Source: an uncultured Planctomycetota bacterium (GTDB lineage: Bacteria; Planctomycetota; Planctomycetia; Isosphaerales; Isosphaeraceae). From it: a DNA stretch of 64,000 nucleotides. A program made the translations under genes and the position numbers. The stretch is from positions 416,001 to 480,000 of the forward strand of contig CAVTTN010000002.1 of the NCBI GenBank assembly GCA_963737655.1, written 5' to 3'. Of this stretch, positions 61,750-64,000 are shown piece after piece. The notes beneath the pieces are model-generated. The model saw nothing but the letters and a program-made list of their open reading frames with translations. It was not told where the DNA came from and ran no database searches. How positions within the stretch are numbered: position 1 is the stretch's first letter; each line of letters opens with the position of its first letter.

Positions 61750-64000
61750 CTACTTCAGGATGATCCGAACCGACGAGGCGAGTCGCGGGTCGCCTCGCTC
61801 GTCGAGCCCCTTACAGAACGTTTCGAGATCGGGCCTGGGCGTGAAGGTTTGCGCCTGGCCGCCCTCAATCTCGACCTTCACCGGCTTCGAAAGGTCCAGG
61901 AGCGACGGGTCGAGCCAGAGGGCGATCTGATCCTGTCCCTGGGCCTTGACGGCGACCGTATTTCCTTCGCGGACTTCCACTTCCAGCCGTCCTCCGTCCT
62001 TCGGTCCGGGGGCTTCGAGCCAGTAGAAGTGCTTCAGAACGTCGTCGGACTGGACCCAGACGACCCGCTTCGGCCACGGATCGCGAGGCCCCGCCTGGAT
62101 CATCTCGGCGACCTTGTCGCGATCCGGGACCGAGTGACCCACCCCGGGCTTCCACTCGAATCCGCCCGGATAGCCGCCATATTTGGCTTTCCATTCCTCC
62201 AGGCGCCTGGCGAACGCCTGGCAGCGGTCGGCCCGGCCGTAGGCGGTGTCTTTTTCGCCGACCATGTACGTAAACCGAACGTCCCGCAGGTTCTCGCCCT
62301 GGGTCTCGCCGTCGGTCGGGGCGGAGGCCGAGGCGTGGATCGCGGCGAAGCGGTCCGGGATCTTGGTGCCGATCACGAACGCGCCATAGCCGCCGTGGGA
62401 CGCCCCGAGGATGCAGACCTCGTCGGGGTTCACATCGCCAAACAAGACGAATTGACGGATCAAACGCTCGATCATCGGGCCGATGGCATCGTCGTAGAAC
62501 CCGTTCCACGCGTCGTTGGGTGCCCGGAGTGCCAGATAAACGTAGCCGCCGGCCTCGGGATGGTCCTTGTAGTAGTGTTCAAACATCCCCTTCCACTGGG
62601 AATCGTTCATCGCCTTCGGGCCGTTGCCTCCGCCATGCATGGCAATCACCAGGGCCCATCCGGCCTTTGGCTTCTCGCCGACGTGCCTCCAGAGATAAGG
62701 GCTTTCGCGGTCGGCCGTCTTCACGCGCTTTTCTTCGTACTCTTTTCGCAAGGTTTCGTGCTCGGGAGACGCCTTGTAAGCGAGCCAGGCGGCGTCCCGG
62801 GCCTTGTCGTCGAAGGGGATCTCGGCGAGGAGCTTGCGGGCGACCTCTTTCTTGGCCGCATCGGTGCCGAACCGATCGGCCAGGAGGGTGGCGAGATCGG
62901 CCTTTCCGGCGTCGGCCGCATTGAGGTCGAGCCGGACGACGGTATCCCCTTCGACGGTGGCCGCCCGGCAGGCGTCTCGGCCGTCGAGGCGGGCGACGAC
63001 CAGGTACGATTCGCCTTTTTTCGCCGGTCCCGAGAGGTGGAGGTTGATATCGGCCGATTCCCCCAAACTCTTGCCCGACAGGATTTTCTGGCCGGTCGAA
63101 CGGTCGAGCGCCGAGACCTCGGCCTCGACGCGACGGCCTCCCTGTCGGACCTCGACCATCAACCTGGGGCCTTCGGGGGGCTTCGAGGAGCCTCCCGTGT
63201 AATGGTCGGTCACGTTCTCGGCGTTGATCTCGGAGGTCGGGGCCCAGACCAGGGGAAAATGGCCGCCGGTCTTGCGGTAAGTCACGGCCCAGACGGCGTT
63301 TCGGGGTTGGTCCTTGAGGGCCTTCGCCGCGTCCCCGCCGAACCAGGCGTGATCGAGTCCGTTGGGGTCGGGCTCGGCCGCCCCGACGTAGTGCCAACGG
63401 CCGCCGTCCCAGATTTCGACCCAGGTATGGTTGCCGCCCCGTCCGGGCCACGAATGGATGCCGGCCAGCCGGCTCGGCACGCCGACCGCCCGAGCGGCCT
63501 CCACCAGCATGATCGAGAGGCCCGTGCAGGTGGCCATCCCCTGAGCGATCGTCTCCTTCGAATTCTGGTCGGTCCGCAGCCGGCGGGTGTTGTAGCCGAC
63601 CTTGTATTCCTTGAAGAGGGCCGCATTGAGCTTGAGCGCGGCCTCGCCGGGGGTCTTGCAATCCTTCACCAGGGGCAGATAGCGATCGTGGAACTCGCGG
63701 CGCATCGGGTCGCGAGGCTCGGTCACGCTGGCGTGGGGGAGGACGGCGTCGAGGAAAACGTCCTCCGGAAGTCCCGGCCCCCACGGCACTTCGGATCGGG
63801 CCTGATAAGCGAGCGCCACGTTCTCGGCGAGGGCCTTCGGCGGCAGGCGATCGAGGTCTCGCCGGGGGAGGTCGGCGAGGAGATAGAGTGCGCCGGGTCG
63901 ATGCTCGGGCGGGATCGTGCCGAGCATCTCGATCCACGAGGCGCGTTTCTCGGGCGACCGATCGAGCGATGCCCGGACGCTTTCCGCCCAGTTGGGCAAT
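61750..64000 (-). CDS. Transglutaminase-like domain fused to an alpha/beta-hydrolase; 5' end outside window
   Basis: ATCTGLS and NHTWVEIW transglutaminase core; MHGGG, GASHGG, GEKD, GVGH hydrolase motifs. Confidence 0.8.
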   Translation of the reverse strand, partial: LPNWAESVRASLDRSPEKRASWIEMLGTIPPEHRPGALYLLADLPRRDLDRLPPKALAENVALAYQARSEVPWGPGLPEDVFLDAVLPHASVTEPRDPMRREFHDRYLPLVKDCKTPGEAALKLNAALFKEYKVGYNTRRLRTDQNSKETIAQGMATCTGLSIMLVEAARAVGVPSRLAGIHSWPGRGGNHTWVEIWDGGRWHYVGAAEPDPNGLDHAWFGGDAAKALKDQPRNAVWAVTYRKTGGHFPLVWAPTSEINAENVTDHYTGGSSKPPEGPRLMVEVRQGGRRVEAEVSALDRSTGQKILSGKSLGESADINLHLSGPAKKGESYLVVARLDGRDACRAATVEGDTVVRLDLNAADAGKADLATLLADRFGTDAAKKEVARKLLAEIPFDDKARDAAWLAYKASPEHETLRKEYEEKRVKTADRESPYLWRHVGEKPKAGWALVIAMHGGGNGPKAMNDSQWKGMFEHYYKDHPEAGGYVYLALRAPNDAWNGFYDDAIGPMIERLIRQFVLFGDVNPDEVCILGASHGGYGAFVIGTKIPDRFAAIHASASAPTDGETQGENLRDVRFTYMVGEKDTAYGRADRCQAFARRLEEWKAKYGGYPGGFEWKPGVGHSVPDRDKVAEMIQAGPRDPWPKRVVWVQSDDVLKHFYWLEAPGPKDGGRLEVEVREGNTVAVKAQGQDQIALWLDPSLLDLSKPVKVEIEGGQAQTFTPRPDLETFCKGLDERGDPRLASSVRIILK

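Noticed and set aside
1..64000. Prophage, integron, rRNA or tRNA genes
   Set aside because: No integrase, phage structural genes, attC array or RNA-gene signatures were recognised.

Overview
GC-rich chromosomal window, very probably from a planctomycete of the Isosphaeraceae type. This is inferred from the LEPRxLL-type export signals, the homodimeric GlyRS and the many secreted Pro/Gly-rich proteins. It holds about 45 genes. Housekeeping genes: polA C-terminus, ilvD, glyQS, comB, exbBD, dedA, an Mre11/Rad50-like pair and peptidases. Others: two large surface proteins, a DUF697 GTPase pair, a TPR/AAA cluster and many hypotheticals. About 12 single-base frameshifts, one in the essential GlyRS, look like long-read sequencing errors. 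No rRNA, tRNA, CRISPR array, transposase or integrase was seen. The most interesting signals are non-coding or tiny. (1) A family of ~137-bp TIR-bounded elements carrying GTAG-REP doublets, joined by a second ~134-bp element at the same nucleotide at two loci. (2) A PIN toxin-antitoxin module flanked by a 156-bp direct repeat of the ilvD promoter and 5' end, forming an excisable 1032-bp unit. (3) An unannotated Ntox34-like toxin remnant with an amber stop, translationally coupled to DUF4288 (candidate immunity protein). (4) A 237-bp nested palindrome with strand-specific G-U pairing.
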